From NCBI GenBank assembly GCA_027491355.1, contig JAIXWI010000006.1, positions 318 through 64,317 of the forward strand: 64,000 nt of DNA. The letters run 5' to 3'. The notes under the pieces were generated by a model. That model ran no database searches. It saw only the letters and a list, made by a program, of their open reading frames with translations, and was not told the DNA's origin. Source of the stretch: Bacteroidota bacterium (GTDB lineage: Bacteria; Bacteroidota; Bacteroidia; UKL13-3). Within the stretch, counting starts at the first letter, position 1; each line of letters opens with the position of its first letter. Positions 49,185-59,198 of the stretch are shown piece by piece. The position numbers and the translations under genes are program-made.

Positions 49185-49907
49185 TTACAACTTAGTTTCT
49201 TTCAAAAAGCTTGCTTCGTCAATGAGGCCCATGTGTTCCCAGATTTTTTCGCCATTGTGGTACAATTGTAAGACTGGAATACCATCAATGCCCATTTTTT
49301 GAAGCAAGGCAGGATTCAAATCAGCATCAATTTTAACCAATTTGAGTTTGTCGCTTTTTTGAGCACTTATTTTTTCTACCATTGGTCCAATTTGTTTGCA
49401 AGGCTTACACCACACTGCAAAAAAGTCTACCAATACGTATTCTTTTTCTTTTACTAATTCCGCAAAGCGTTCGCTGCTCATGCCTTGGTCTGCTGATGTA
49501 TTACTTGCCCCTGCAGATTCAAGTGGTAAACCTTCTGCGTTCCATTTTAGAATACCAGGCATTTCATAAATGGTTTTGAAATTTTTTGTACGCATCATGC
49601 TTGCTGCATTCCCGCTTCTGCCACCAGACAAACAATACACCAATACAGGTTCTTCTTTGTTCAATTCGTTCAGTTTTGCTTCAAATCCATCTTGGTTAAT
49701 GTCAATATTTTTGGCTCCTTTGATATGACCTTCATTGAATTCTTCTGCTGTTCTCACATCTATTAATTGTGCATTTGGATGTTCTGTTAAGTATTGATTG
49801 AATTCTTTTGGACTCAATTTACCTCCAGCAGTATTTTGTTTGTTTTGACAAGATACCCATATCGTGCTTACTAAAAGCACTAGCATTGAAAATAGATATT
49901 TTTTCAT
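49185..49907 (-). CDS. lipoprotein fusion of rhodanese domain and thioredoxin domain
   Basis: Start refined to ATG 49907 (MKKYLFSMLVLLVSTIWVSCQ lipobox). Rhodanese active-site loop CLSGGRS and thioredoxin CxxC WCKPC. Confidence 0.75.
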   Translation of the reverse strand: MKKYLFSMLVLLVSTIWVSCQNKQNTAGGKLSPKEFNQYLTEHPNAQLIDVRTAEEFNEGHIKGAKNIDINQDGFEAKLNELNKEEPVLVYCLSGGRSGNAASMMRTKNFKTIYEMPGILKWNAEGLPLESAGASNTSADQGMSSERFAELVKEKEYVLVDFFAVWCKPCKQIGPMVEKISAQKSDKLKLVKIDADLNPALLQKMGIDGIPVLQLYHNGEKIWEHMGLIDEASFLKETKL

Positions 49908-49945
49908 GTTTGTTTTATTACGAATGTATGATTTTGAATTGCTAT

Positions 49946-50245
49946 TTAACAAAAAGAGGTTAATAATTGTTTGAGTTGCGCTTGCTGAACAACTCCTGAC
50001 TGCCTCCATTTAATTTTTCCATTTTTAAAAATAATGAGAGTTGGTACACCTTGAACTTGGTATGCTTGTGCAGCTGAAGGGTTTTTATCTACATCAATTT
50101 TGAGGATACGCACTTGCTCTCCCATTTCTTTCGCTAATTCCTGTAAAATTGGTGACATCATTTTACAGGGTCCACACCAAGTTGCAAAAAAATCTACCAA
50201 TACAGGTTGATCAGACTGAATGATTTGATGAAAATTCATACCCAT
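49946..50245 (-). CDS. trxA: thioredoxin
   Basis: 99 aa from ATG 50243-50245, which overlaps the rhodanese stop by 1 nt (TAATG). Contains WCGPCK. Confidence 0.85.
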   Translation of the reverse strand: MGMNFHQIIQSDQPVLVDFFATWCGPCKMMSPILQELAKEMGEQVRILKIDVDKNPSAAQAYQVQGVPTLIIFKNGKIKWRQSGVVQQAQLKQLLTSFC

Positions 50246-50562
50246 TATTTTTCTAAATGTGTCAATCTTCTCCAACTGCCTCCATTGTGTACTTTCTCAT
50301 ATCCGGCTTGTTTGAGCATACTTTTTGCGGCAGCACTGCGCATACCAGAAGCGCAACAGGTAATAATAGGTACTTCTTTTTTGGGAAGTTTTTTTAGGTT
50401 TGCTTGGAGTTGGTCTACTGGAATATTGATGGCATTTTTAAGGTGACCACCTTGAAATTCAGCTTTGCTGCGAACATCTACTATGATGGCTCCTTCGCTA
50501 ACCAATTCTTGTAAGTCCACCTTGGGTCCAAAACCCAATAACTGTCTAAGGCTGTTAATCAT
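50245..50562 (-). CDS. single-domain rhodanese (sulfurtransferase)
   Basis: 105 aa with active-site CCASGMRSA. Confidence 0.8.
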   Translation of the reverse strand: MINSLRQLLGFGPKVDLQELVSEGAIIVDVRSKAEFQGGHLKNAINIPVDQLQANLKKLPKKEVPIITCCASGMRSAAAKSMLKQAGYEKVHNGGSWRRLTHLEK

Positions 50563-50565
50563 GTT

Positions 50566-50847
50566 TTAATTATTTAATAAATAGTTGACTTGTGTCCATG
50601 GACCACCATTGATGCAATCAATGTCAAGGTCACTTAAAAATTGTGTTGCTTGACCACTTCTACCACCCGAAGCACAACATAAAACAATTTTGGAGGAGTT
50701 GTTTTTTAATTCATCAATCCTTTCTGGAATTTCATTTAAGGGAATGTTGATGCTACCAACCACATGTCCGCCCAAGAATTCCTCAGGAGTTCGCACATCA
50801 ATTATGGTTTTGTTTGCTGCTTTTAGCGCATTGATTAAGTCTTCCAT
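50566..50847 (-). CDS. single-domain rhodanese (sulfurtransferase)
   Basis: 93 aa with active-site CCASGGRSG. Lies 3 bp upstream of the second rhodanese. Confidence 0.8.
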   Translation of the reverse strand: MEDLINALKAANKTIIDVRTPEEFLGGHVVGSINIPLNEIPERIDELKNNSSKIVLCCASGGRSGQATQFLSDLDIDCINGGPWTQVNYLLNN

Positions 50848-50915
50848 TGTATTAAATTATTATTGGATACAAAGGTAATTAGTAAAAAACTTTAGTAAGG
50901 GAACATTTGTTCCGT

Positions 50916-51164
50916 TTAGCGTTTGTTTTTGAGTACACCAACTTGCTCAAACTTGTCAAATACAGTTGGTAAATGTGGAGCTTGTTTTATTTCTTCGGTT
51001 AAATCTTGACCCGCCCAATGCTCATAATGTTTTCCGTTTCGCCATAACCTACTTTTGCTAACATCATAAATTTTACCTTCATAAGCGACCCATATCTCTG
51101 GCTTGTCTTGTCCATTTCTCAGTGCCAATTGTGCACTTGTAAATTCTTCAAATGCATGTGCCAT
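50916..51164 (-). CDS. cytochrome b5-like / MAPR-like haem-steroid binding domain protein
   Basis: 82 aa (FTSAQLALRNGQDKPEIWVAYEGKIYDVS...HWAGQDLTEE). The canonical HPGG motif is absent. Its start abuts the DEAD-box helicase stop with 0-bp spacing. Confidence 0.6.
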   Translation of the reverse strand: MAHAFEEFTSAQLALRNGQDKPEIWVAYEGKIYDVSKSRLWRNGKHYEHWAGQDLTEEIKQAPHLPTVFDKFEQVGVLKNKR

Positions 51165-52367
51165 TTATTTTTTAAATTTAGGTTTAAATGGTTTTCTTTT
51201 GAATACATGTCTGACGCTTGGGTCGTATACTGGAGATTGACCCAATACTTCAGGTACATTTCTTTTAGGAATGACACGTTCAATTAATTTTTCTATGGCA
51301 TCAAATCGTTTTTGGTCCTTGTCATTGATAAATGTAATGGCTGTACCTTTGGTATTGGTACCTCGTGCTGTTCGGCCTATTCTATGCACATAATCTTCTG
51401 GATCTGGTGGTACATCAAAATTCAACACCAACTCAATGTCATCCACATCAATACCCCTTGATAAAATATCGGTTCCAATTAAAGTATTTAGCTTTTTGTT
51501 TTTAAAATCATTCATGATTGTTTCTCGCTCGTCTTGTTCTAGGTCAGAGTGGAATGATTTACAGCGAAGCCCTAATTTTTTCAATTCGTGCTGTAAACTT
51601 TTAACCTTTTCTTTGGTAGAAGCAAAAAGAATCATGCTCTCAAATTTATTTTCTGCTAAAATATGCTCAAGTAATTTTATTTTTTGACCATCATAACACA
51701 AATAAGCAATTTGATCAATACCCTCAGCAGGTTTTGAAATAGCAATATTAATTTGAGCAGGATTGTTTAAAATTTTACCTGTAAGTTGCCTAATTTTTGG
51801 TGGCATGGTAGCAGAAAACAGTAATGTTTGCCTGTTAGCTGGAAGTTTATTGATGATCTTAATCAAATCATCGTAAAAGCCCATATCTAGCATTTTATCA
51901 GCTTCATCTAGCACCAAATGCTGCAGCCCATCAAATTTAATTTCACCACTTATTAATTGAGATATTAACCTGCCTGGAGTAGCTACAATGATATCAGCAC
52001 CTTTAACTAAAGCTTTCTTTTGTTGCTCGTAACTGAAACCATCTCCTCCACCATAAATTGCAGTAGCACTCACGTTTACAAAATAACTGAAACCTTGAAG
52101 TTGCTGGTCTATTTGAAGGGCAAGCTCTCGGGTTGGAACCAAAATAAGTGTATTAACGCCTTTGTGTTGACTGATGATAATTTTGTTTAATATAGGCAAT
52201 AAATAAGCAGCCGTTTTCCCTGTTCCAGTTTGTGCACAAGCAATTAAGTCTTTGTTGTCAAGAATAACTGGAATGGCTTGCTCTTGAATGGGTGTAGGTT
52301 GGTTAAACCCCATAGCGTCTAGCCCGTCTAAGAGCTCGTATTCTAAATAGAAATCGTCAAATGTCAA
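51165..52367 (-). CDS. DEAD-box ATP-dependent RNA helicase
   Basis: 400 aa with Q-motif, AQTGTGKT, DEAD, SAT, HRIGRTAR motifs and a basic C-terminal tail. Confidence 0.85.
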   Translation of the reverse strand: MTFDDFYLEYELLDGLDAMGFNQPTPIQEQAIPVILDNKDLIACAQTGTGKTAAYLLPILNKIIISQHKGVNTLILVPTRELALQIDQQLQGFSYFVNVSATAIYGGGDGFSYEQQKKALVKGADIIVATPGRLISQLISGEIKFDGLQHLVLDEADKMLDMGFYDDLIKIINKLPANRQTLLFSATMPPKIRQLTGKILNNPAQINIAISKPAEGIDQIAYLCYDGQKIKLLEHILAENKFESMILFASTKEKVKSLQHELKKLGLRCKSFHSDLEQDERETIMNDFKNKKLNTLIGTDILSRGIDVDDIELVLNFDVPPDPEDYVHRIGRTARGTNTKGTAITFINDKDQKRFDAIEKLIERVIPKRNVPEVLGQSPVYDPSVRHVFKRKPFKPKFKK

Positions 52368-52412
52368 ATTGGTTTGGATTGAATGAGTAAATGTTATCCA
52401 AATGTATTGAAT

Positions 52413-53420
52413 TTATTGCGCAATCGCTGCATTGAACCAATTTTGGGTAATCAGGTATTCAGCTATTTGAACGGCATTGGTAGCTGCTCCTTTTCTTAAA
52501 TTATCAGCCACAATCCATAAATTCAAAGCATTCTCCATTGATTCGTCTCTTCGGATTCTGCCAACAAATACATCGTCTTTTTGGTGTGAAAGCAAAGGCA
52601 TTGGATAAATACCTTTTTCGGGTTCATCTAATACAGTAATGCCCTTAGTGTTTTTAAGTATTTGGCTTATATCATCTAAATGATAAGTATTGCCAAAAGT
52701 TACATTCACACTTTCGCTATGGCCACCAACAGTTGGTATTCTAACACATGTTGCAGTTAATGCAATGGAGTCATCTTGCATAATTTTTTTGGTTTCATTC
52801 ACCATTTTCATTTCTTCTTTGGTGTAGCCGTTGGGCATGAAAACGTCTATTTGCGGAATTGCATTTTGGTCTATTGGATAGGCATAGGCCATTTCTCCCT
52901 TGATGCCCTTTCTTTCATTTTCCATCTGTTGAACAGCTTTTACACCAGTACCAGTAACACTTTGGTAGGTGCTCACTACTATTCTTTTGATTTGGTATTT
53001 TAAATGCAGCGGATAAAGTGCCAATACCATTTGTATGGTTGAACAATTTGGGTTGGCAATGATTTTATCTTTTAGCCCCAATAAATGTGCATTGATTTCT
53101 GGCACAATTAACTTTTTAGTGGGGTCCATTCTCCAAGCTGAAGAATTGTCTATGACAAAACAATTAGCAGCTGCAAATTTAGGTGCCCATTCCAATGAAG
53201 TTGCACCTCCAGCTGAAAACAATGCTATATGCGGCCTGGCATCTATAGCAGCCTGAAGACCAACTACTGTAATTGCTTTTCCCTTGAATTGAATGGTTTT
53301 TCCTACCGATTGCTCAGATGCAACCAGGATTAAATTATCAACCGGGAAATTTCTTTCTTCAAGTAAGCTTAACATGACACTACCTACTAAACCAGTAGCA
53401 CCTACAACTGCAACTTTCAT
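52413..53420 (-). CDS. asd: aspartate-semialdehyde dehydrogenase
   Basis: 335 aa with VAVVGATGLVG and active-site Cys context NPNCSTI. Confidence 0.9.
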   Translation of the reverse strand: MKVAVVGATGLVGSVMLSLLEERNFPVDNLILVASEQSVGKTIQFKGKAITVVGLQAAIDARPHIALFSAGGATSLEWAPKFAAANCFVIDNSSAWRMDPTKKLIVPEINAHLLGLKDKIIANPNCSTIQMVLALYPLHLKYQIKRIVVSTYQSVTGTGVKAVQQMENERKGIKGEMAYAYPIDQNAIPQIDVFMPNGYTKEEMKMVNETKKIMQDDSIALTATCVRIPTVGGHSESVNVTFGNTYHLDDISQILKNTKGITVLDEPEKGIYPMPLLSHQKDDVFVGRIRRDESMENALNLWIVADNLRKGAATNAVQIAEYLITQNWFNAAIAQ

Positions 53421-53509
53421 TCTTTTTTTGATGCAAAATTAAGGCATCGTCAGCAAACTAAAAACCACTTTACAAATTCGTTGTAACTTAAAAGTTTAAA
53501 GATTGAAAT

Positions 53510-56500
53510 ATGATATTAAATCAGTTGAAATTTGGTTTTTTAATGAGCTTATTCACGCTTCAAATTGCAGTAAAAGCTCAGGTTTACGAGCCTTTCAACC
53601 AAACTGTTCATCAGTTAAAAAGCAAGTGGAATTTTACAGATTCATGTTTTTGGGTAAACCCTAAAAACCAATTACAATCTCAGGTTTTGGCAAAAAATAT
53701 ATCAGAAATTTATGCCAATATTTTTATCTCTTCAGGTCTACAATCAAATCAATGGAGCAGTTCAATTGCTTTTGATTTCAATCCAAGTTCACAAAATCAA
53801 GTTAGGTTTTATTTGTATGCAGATTCAATGAATTTCAGCAAATCAACCAATGCTTTGTTCATACAATTTGGTGGCATCAATGGAACGGATGATCTGATAG
53901 AATTGGTTCAAATAAATGAAAATTCAAAACAAGTTTTAGCAAGTAGCTTACCTGGTTTTGTTAAATCAAATAACAATCAGTTCAGGTTTAAATGCACAGT
54001 AGATTCTATTCAGCAATTAACATTAGCAATAGATACTGTTAGTTTTTCTAGGTACAATCAAATTTTCAAGTGTTCAGTATCAACAATTCCTTCTAATTTT
54101 TATACGGGCTATTGGTTTAAATTTACTTCGAGTAACGCCAATCGTTTAATACTAGATGATTTTTATTATGGAAAAGAGCTTATCAATACTCAACAAGTAA
54201 AACTTGTCAGCTCAGCACTGGTCAGTGATAGTTGTTTACAGTTTACTTGGGATGGTGCTATAGATACTTCAAATTTTATCCAAAAAATGACTTGTGATTT
54301 TGGTGCTGCAAGTTACTGTATGTTTAGTTCAACACATCAAACAGTTGCTATCTTCTTTAATCATCAGCTCTCTAAAATTGCTGCTTTTGAAATTTGTTTG
54401 GAGGGCTTGTATTCAAACCAAGGAAAGACAATTACTGATACCTGTTTAAGCTGGAATCAATACAATATAAATACCCTCGATATCAGGTTTTCTGAGTTAA
54501 TGATAGACCCAGATCCTGTGATAGGCCTTCCTAATGCTGAATTTATAGAGTTATACAACCAAACAGACTATGCTTTCAATTTAAATCGATTCCTTGTAAC
54601 AGATTTACATACAGCTGCTGAACTAGGAAATTATATTTTATATCCTCATACTTTCGTTGTGATTTGCGCAAAGAAAGACAGTGCAAAGTTTGATGGTATT
54701 CCTTTACACTGCGTACCTAGTTTGCCCAGTTTAAACAATTTATCAGATACTTTGGAATTATACAGTAAGCATCAACTACTTTTAGATCAAGTAAATTACA
54801 ATACCAATTGGTACCATTGTAATCCTATTCCAAATGGTGGTAGAAGTTTGTGTTTGATCAATGCCAACAGCAATTGTTTACCAATAGAAAATTGGCGAGC
54901 ATCTGGAGATTCAAGTGGAGGAAGTCCAGGTTTTTCTGGCGTTTATTGGAATACTTCTATTGATACAATGAAGCTAGAATTGCTTCAGTTTACAGCTCTA
55001 GACTCCATTCATCTCTTATTGGTTTTTAACAAAGCGCTTTTATCTATTGATTTCAATTCAGTTGGTTTACAAACAAGGTTAATTTGGCAATCATTAGGGG
55101 GAGATAGTTTTTTATTTTCAACAGATCCATTGAATGCCAATCAAACGTTTAGCTTTCAATTGAGCCGAACATGTGCCTGTAACTACAATTGTTTAGATAC
55201 GGCCTTTAATTATAGTTATGTACCTCTTAAAAATGCATTTTACAACGATTTGGTTTTTTCTGAGTTACTTTTTGAACCGATTGCCAATGCGCCAACTCAA
55301 GAATTTATTGAGTTGTATAACAAGAGTCAATTCAGGATTCAATTATCGGGCTATCAAATTTGCAAGGGCAATCAATGCATCGTTCTGCCATTTTATGAAT
55401 GGTATCCTGATAGTTTTGTTGTTCTGACAAAAACCCCAATTTTAGGTCTTAAAAACCAATTAGTGCTACCTAAACTCTTTTCATTGAATTTAACTGATAC
55501 ACTGCTTATCAGAAACAAAGAAAATTTACTCGTTTCTTTTCTACCCTACAGTCAAAGTTTTTATCACGATTTGTTTAAACAAACCCAAAAGGGTTGGTCA
55601 GTAGAGTGTATGAATTTAGAGTTGCCATGTAAAGGTCAAGAAAACTGGCATGCCAGTGTCAATGAAAGCAAACATACCGCAGGGTTAAGAAACAGTATGG
55701 TACAGTTTACCGTAGATACCATTGCGCCCCAATTAAATAAGCTTTATCCAATTGATGCGTTTCAATTGCTGCTTGCATTCAATGAGCCTATTGATACAGG
55801 TTTTATTGATGCACAGACACAAATCAGCATCAAAGATCATACAATGAATTGGCATTTTGAAAACAATACACAGACATTGATTTTAGATTTATTTCCCCCC
55901 TTACAGAAGAATAAGTTATATGAACTAACAATCAATCAGCTTCCTGATTGTGTTGGTAATGGCTCAATTGAAACGAGTTACCTATTTGCTTTGCCAGATA
56001 AAATAGATACAGGAGAATTACTGCTCAATGAGGTACTGTTTGATCCCGTTATTGGTGGCTCAGATTTTATAGAGTTATACAATCATAGTGCGCAATACCT
56101 TGATTTGAAATCAGTTTATTTTGGTTTCAAATCAGCACAAGATGCTCAGTTAAAAGAATTATGTACTGTTGCTCCTCAAGGTTATTTGCTTGCTCCAAAT
56201 GACTATGTGATCATAACAACCTCAGATCAATCCAATTTTTTTTCAGAGGTGAATAGCGCTAAACAAGTTTTCATCAACCTGCCCAATCTCTCTAATGATG
56301 GTGGTTGGCTTGAATTACTTACAAAAGAAGGAAATTGTATAGATGCAATGCCCTACAATCAAGCCATGCATTTTCAATTATTGCCTAATTTTGAAGGAGT
56401 AAGCTTAGAACGTTTGTCATTAAATATTTCTGCATCAAATGCTGAAAATTGGTTTTCTGCTTCGGCTCAAGAAAGATATGCTACACCTACTCGAAAGAAT

Positions 56501-56851
56501 TCTATGCGTTTGCTACACCCACCACTTGAAAACCGCATAGCTATTGCTCCTGAAGTTTTCTCACCCGATAATGATGGTTATGATGATTTACTTCAAATTA
56601 ACTACCAGTTCAATCAATTAGAGAGTTTTTCCGAGCTCAGTATCTTTAATTTGCATGGTTTTCGCGTAAAGGATTTTGCCAAATCTTATTGGGGTGGTAG
56701 TCAAGGCTTATGGATTTGGAACGGACTTGACAACGAAAACAATCCATTACCAGAAGGATTTTATGTTGTTAAATTAACAGTATTTATGCCTGATGGCACA
56801 CTGGACATTCATAGAAAAACTTTGGTATTGGCAAGAAGGGATCGTAATTAA
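53510..56851 (+). CDS. large secreted protein with repeated lamin-tail (LTD) domains and T9SS type-B (gliding-motility-associated) C-terminal domain
   Basis: 1113 aa with signal peptide. At least three segments carry the (E/Q)FIELYN LTD signature: AEFIELYNQTD, QEFIELYNKSQ, SDFIELYNHSA. C-terminal EVFSPDNDGYDDLL... is a CHU_C-type sorting domain. Confidence 0.7.
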   Translation: MILNQLKFGFLMSLFTLQIAVKAQVYEPFNQTVHQLKSKWNFTDSCFWVNPKNQLQSQVLAKNISEIYANIFISSGLQSNQWSSSIAFDFNPSSQNQVRFYLYADSMNFSKSTNALFIQFGGINGTDDLIELVQINENSKQVLASSLPGFVKSNNNQFRFKCTVDSIQQLTLAIDTVSFSRYNQIFKCSVSTIPSNFYTGYWFKFTSSNANRLILDDFYYGKELINTQQVKLVSSALVSDSCLQFTWDGAIDTSNFIQKMTCDFGAASYCMFSSTHQTVAIFFNHQLSKIAAFEICLEGLYSNQGKTITDTCLSWNQYNINTLDIRFSELMIDPDPVIGLPNAEFIELYNQTDYAFNLNRFLVTDLHTAAELGNYILYPHTFVVICAKKDSAKFDGIPLHCVPSLPSLNNLSDTLELYSKHQLLLDQVNYNTNWYHCNPIPNGGRSLCLINANSNCLPIENWRASGDSSGGSPGFSGVYWNTSIDTMKLELLQFTALDSIHLLLVFNKALLSIDFNSVGLQTRLIWQSLGGDSFLFSTDPLNANQTFSFQLSRTCACNYNCLDTAFNYSYVPLKNAFYNDLVFSELLFEPIANAPTQEFIELYNKSQFRIQLSGYQICKGNQCIVLPFYEWYPDSFVVLTKTPILGLKNQLVLPKLFSLNLTDTLLIRNKENLLVSFLPYSQSFYHDLFKQTQKGWSVECMNLELPCKGQENWHASVNESKHTAGLRNSMVQFTVDTIAPQLNKLYPIDAFQLLLAFNEPIDTGFIDAQTQISIKDHTMNWHFENNTQTLILDLFPPLQKNKLYELTINQLPDCVGNGSIETSYLFALPDKIDTGELLLNEVLFDPVIGGSDFIELYNHSAQYLDLKSVYFGFKSAQDAQLKELCTVAPQGYLLAPNDYVIITTSDQSNFFSEVNSAKQVFINLPNLSNDGGWLELLTKEGNCIDAMPYNQAMHFQLLPNFEGVSLERLSLNISASNAENWFSASAQERYATPTRKNSMRLLHPPLENRIAIAPEVFSPDNDGYDDLLQINYQFNQLESFSELSIFNLHGFRVKDFAKSYWGGSQGLWIWNGLDNENNPLPEGFYVVKLTVFMPDGTLDIHRKTLVLARRDRN

Positions 56852-58476
56852 AATTTGGTTTGAACACCCAGTTTTAAAACTTGTAATACAAAAATAAACA
56901 AGCAGATTGCATGGATCATAGATGCATTTTTCCCGTAAAACGAATTGTATGCATGCATGCTCACCTGCGATTCAATAACAGCTGGAACCCACCAGTCTGT
57001 TTGTTGAGTTATTACTCCTTCATCATTGATAAACGCACTAATACCTGTGTTGGCACACCTGACTATGGGTGTTCTGTTTTCTATGGCTCGGAGTTTTGCA
57101 TAATTTAAGTGTTGTCGGAAGCCAGGAGTATTTCCCCACCAACCATCGTTGGTAATGATACAATATAGGTCTGCACCTTTTAATTTGTATGAACTGAAAA
57201 AGTCAGGAAAAACACTTTCATAACAGATAACAGGAGCAATATTAATATGGTGTTTATTGTCAAAAACTTTTGATTCGCCATCAGCTCCCAAACTACCAGA
57301 TGTACCTCCTAAATCAATTGCGAATTGTTCTAAGAAACCAAATACAACAGGGTATGGCATTCGCTCTACTCCAGGAACCATTTTGTTTTTATGGTATACT
57401 TGAATAGGATTGTTTTCCGCTAGCAGTAAAGCGGTATTATAAGCATCAATACATTGCTGTACGCTAGGATAAAACCTTGCAGTAACAGGTTTTTTAATGT
57501 CATTTGGGTCAAATGTTCGGTATGTATCTGCTCCAGTTAATAGCATTAATCCTGGGTGTTTAGATAAAAATTGTTTACATGATTTTATTAAATAATCTTG
57601 TTCCAATTCTTGCTCATATAAGCCTCCCAATAAAGCAGTTTCTGGAAAAACAACCAACTGTGTTTTAGCGTTTAACTTTTTTTCTGCTAACTCAAACATT
57701 TTGTTCAATTGTTCTTGGTACCCTATACCATTGAATTTTTCAGAATAGGGGTCAATGTTTGGCTGAACTATCAATACATTAGCTGTTTTAATAGCGTTAT
57801 TTTTTTTGTAATCCTTAAAGTTTTCTAATATAAAGTATGAGCCCAATATTGGACAAAAAATATAGATGAAGAGGATGTTGAACAAACGGAGTTCTTTACC
57901 AATAAAATTTCCTTCCTTGTACTGCTCAATCCATTTGAATAATTTAGTGTTTACAATTAAAATCAAAAAGCTGCCACCCAATATTCCAGTATATTCATAC
58001 CATTGTACACCATTTGTAAAAGAGCTAAAAACATTGCCCAAAATGAGCCAAGGAAATGCTAGGTCCCAATTGAATTGTAAAATTTCTATGGCTAACCAAG
58101 CAAAAACAAATAGGTTGTAATTGGCACGATTGTTTTTTTTACCCGACAAATGTAATAACAAAACAGGCAGAATCATTGGAAAGCTGTTAATCAAAACTGC
58201 TGCTATAGCCCCACCATTACTTGCATTCCATATCCACCAAATTGTACCTCCGTTCCAGCCAATAAATGCAAGCCAACTGAATATAAACACATCCAAAGTA
58301 GTTCCGCTTGCGTTGTTTCTACATTCTTTTTCCAAAAACAACAAAGGTATAAAGCCTAGATAAGCCAATGGAAAAAAGCCAAAAGGTAAAAAAGAAAATG
58401 TAAACAGCAAACTACTGAGTAAACTGTAAACCGTAAAGCGAAGCTTATTATTTTTGATGGCCAACAACAATGACAA
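56848..58476 (-). CDS. lnt: apolipoprotein N-acyltransferase
   Basis: 542 aa with an N-terminal polytopic domain and a C-terminal CN-hydrolase domain (CYESVFP). Tool-track start is TTG and overlaps the rsmI end by 29 nt. Confidence 0.85.
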   Translation of the reverse strand: MSLLLAIKNNKLRFTVYSLLSSLLFTFSFLPFGFFPLAYLGFIPLLFLEKECRNNASGTTLDVFIFSWLAFIGWNGGTIWWIWNASNGGAIAAVLINSFPMILPVLLLHLSGKKNNRANYNLFVFAWLAIEILQFNWDLAFPWLILGNVFSSFTNGVQWYEYTGILGGSFLILIVNTKLFKWIEQYKEGNFIGKELRLFNILFIYIFCPILGSYFILENFKDYKKNNAIKTANVLIVQPNIDPYSEKFNGIGYQEQLNKMFELAEKKLNAKTQLVVFPETALLGGLYEQELEQDYLIKSCKQFLSKHPGLMLLTGADTYRTFDPNDIKKPVTARFYPSVQQCIDAYNTALLLAENNPIQVYHKNKMVPGVERMPYPVVFGFLEQFAIDLGGTSGSLGADGESKVFDNKHHINIAPVICYESVFPDFFSSYKLKGADLYCIITNDGWWGNTPGFRQHLNYAKLRAIENRTPIVRCANTGISAFINDEGVITQQTDWWVPAVIESQVSMHAYNSFYGKNASMIHAICLFIFVLQVLKLGVQTKF

Positions 58477-59128
58477 ATTCTCCTTTTATGGGTTTGTTTG
58501 TAAAATAATCGTGTACACTTTTGCAGGTTCCGTTAACTGTTTCTTCAAACATTTTGGTCAATTCTCTACTTACAGATAAAGGTCTATCTTCACCTAAGTA
58601 TTCTATTAATTGTTGAAGTGTTTTTAGTAACCTGTGTGGGCTTTCATACAAAATACAAGTGCGTGGTTCATTGGTTAAGTGCTTCAATGCAGTTTGCCTC
58701 CCCTTTTTTTCAGGTAAAAAACCTATAAAACTAAATTCATCACAGGGGAATCCACTTTTAACCAGGGCAGGAACAAACGCAGTTGGTCCTGGTAAGCAAT
58801 CAATTTCTAATTCATTTTCTTGACAGGCTCTGGCCAATAAGAATCCAGGATCACTGATACCAGGAGTTCCAGCATCGCTAACTTGTGCAATGATTTTACC
58901 TGATTTCAAATCTTCAATCACTTGTTGAATCAGTTTATGTTCATTGTGGGCATGAAAAGGCTTGAGCGTATTCGAAATTTGGTAATGCGAAAGTAATTTA
59001 CCTGTTTGTCTGGTATCTTCAGCTAGGATGTAATCAACCTCTTTCAGAATTCTTAGAGCCCTGAGCGTAATATCTTCTAAATTACCGATAGGGGTGGGCA
59101 CTAAATAAAGCTTTCCTGATTGCAACAT
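58448..59128 (-). CDS. rsmI: 16S rRNA (cytidine1402-2'-O)-methyltransferase
   Basis: 226 aa (LYLVPTPIGNLEDITLRALRILKEVDYILAEDTR, AQVSDAGTPGISDPG). Confidence 0.85.
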   Translation of the reverse strand: MLQSGKLYLVPTPIGNLEDITLRALRILKEVDYILAEDTRQTGKLLSHYQISNTLKPFHAHNEHKLIQQVIEDLKSGKIIAQVSDAGTPGISDPGFLLARACQENELEIDCLPGPTAFVPALVKSGFPCDEFSFIGFLPEKKGRQTALKHLTNEPRTCILYESPHRLLKTLQQLIEYLGEDRPLSVSRELTKMFEETVNGTCKSVHDYFTNKPIKGEFVIVVGHQK

Positions 59129-59198
59129 GTTACAAATTAAGCAGCTTTATCTTAATTTTTATAAATTGCAAAATTAAAAGGTCAATACCATAACCAAA

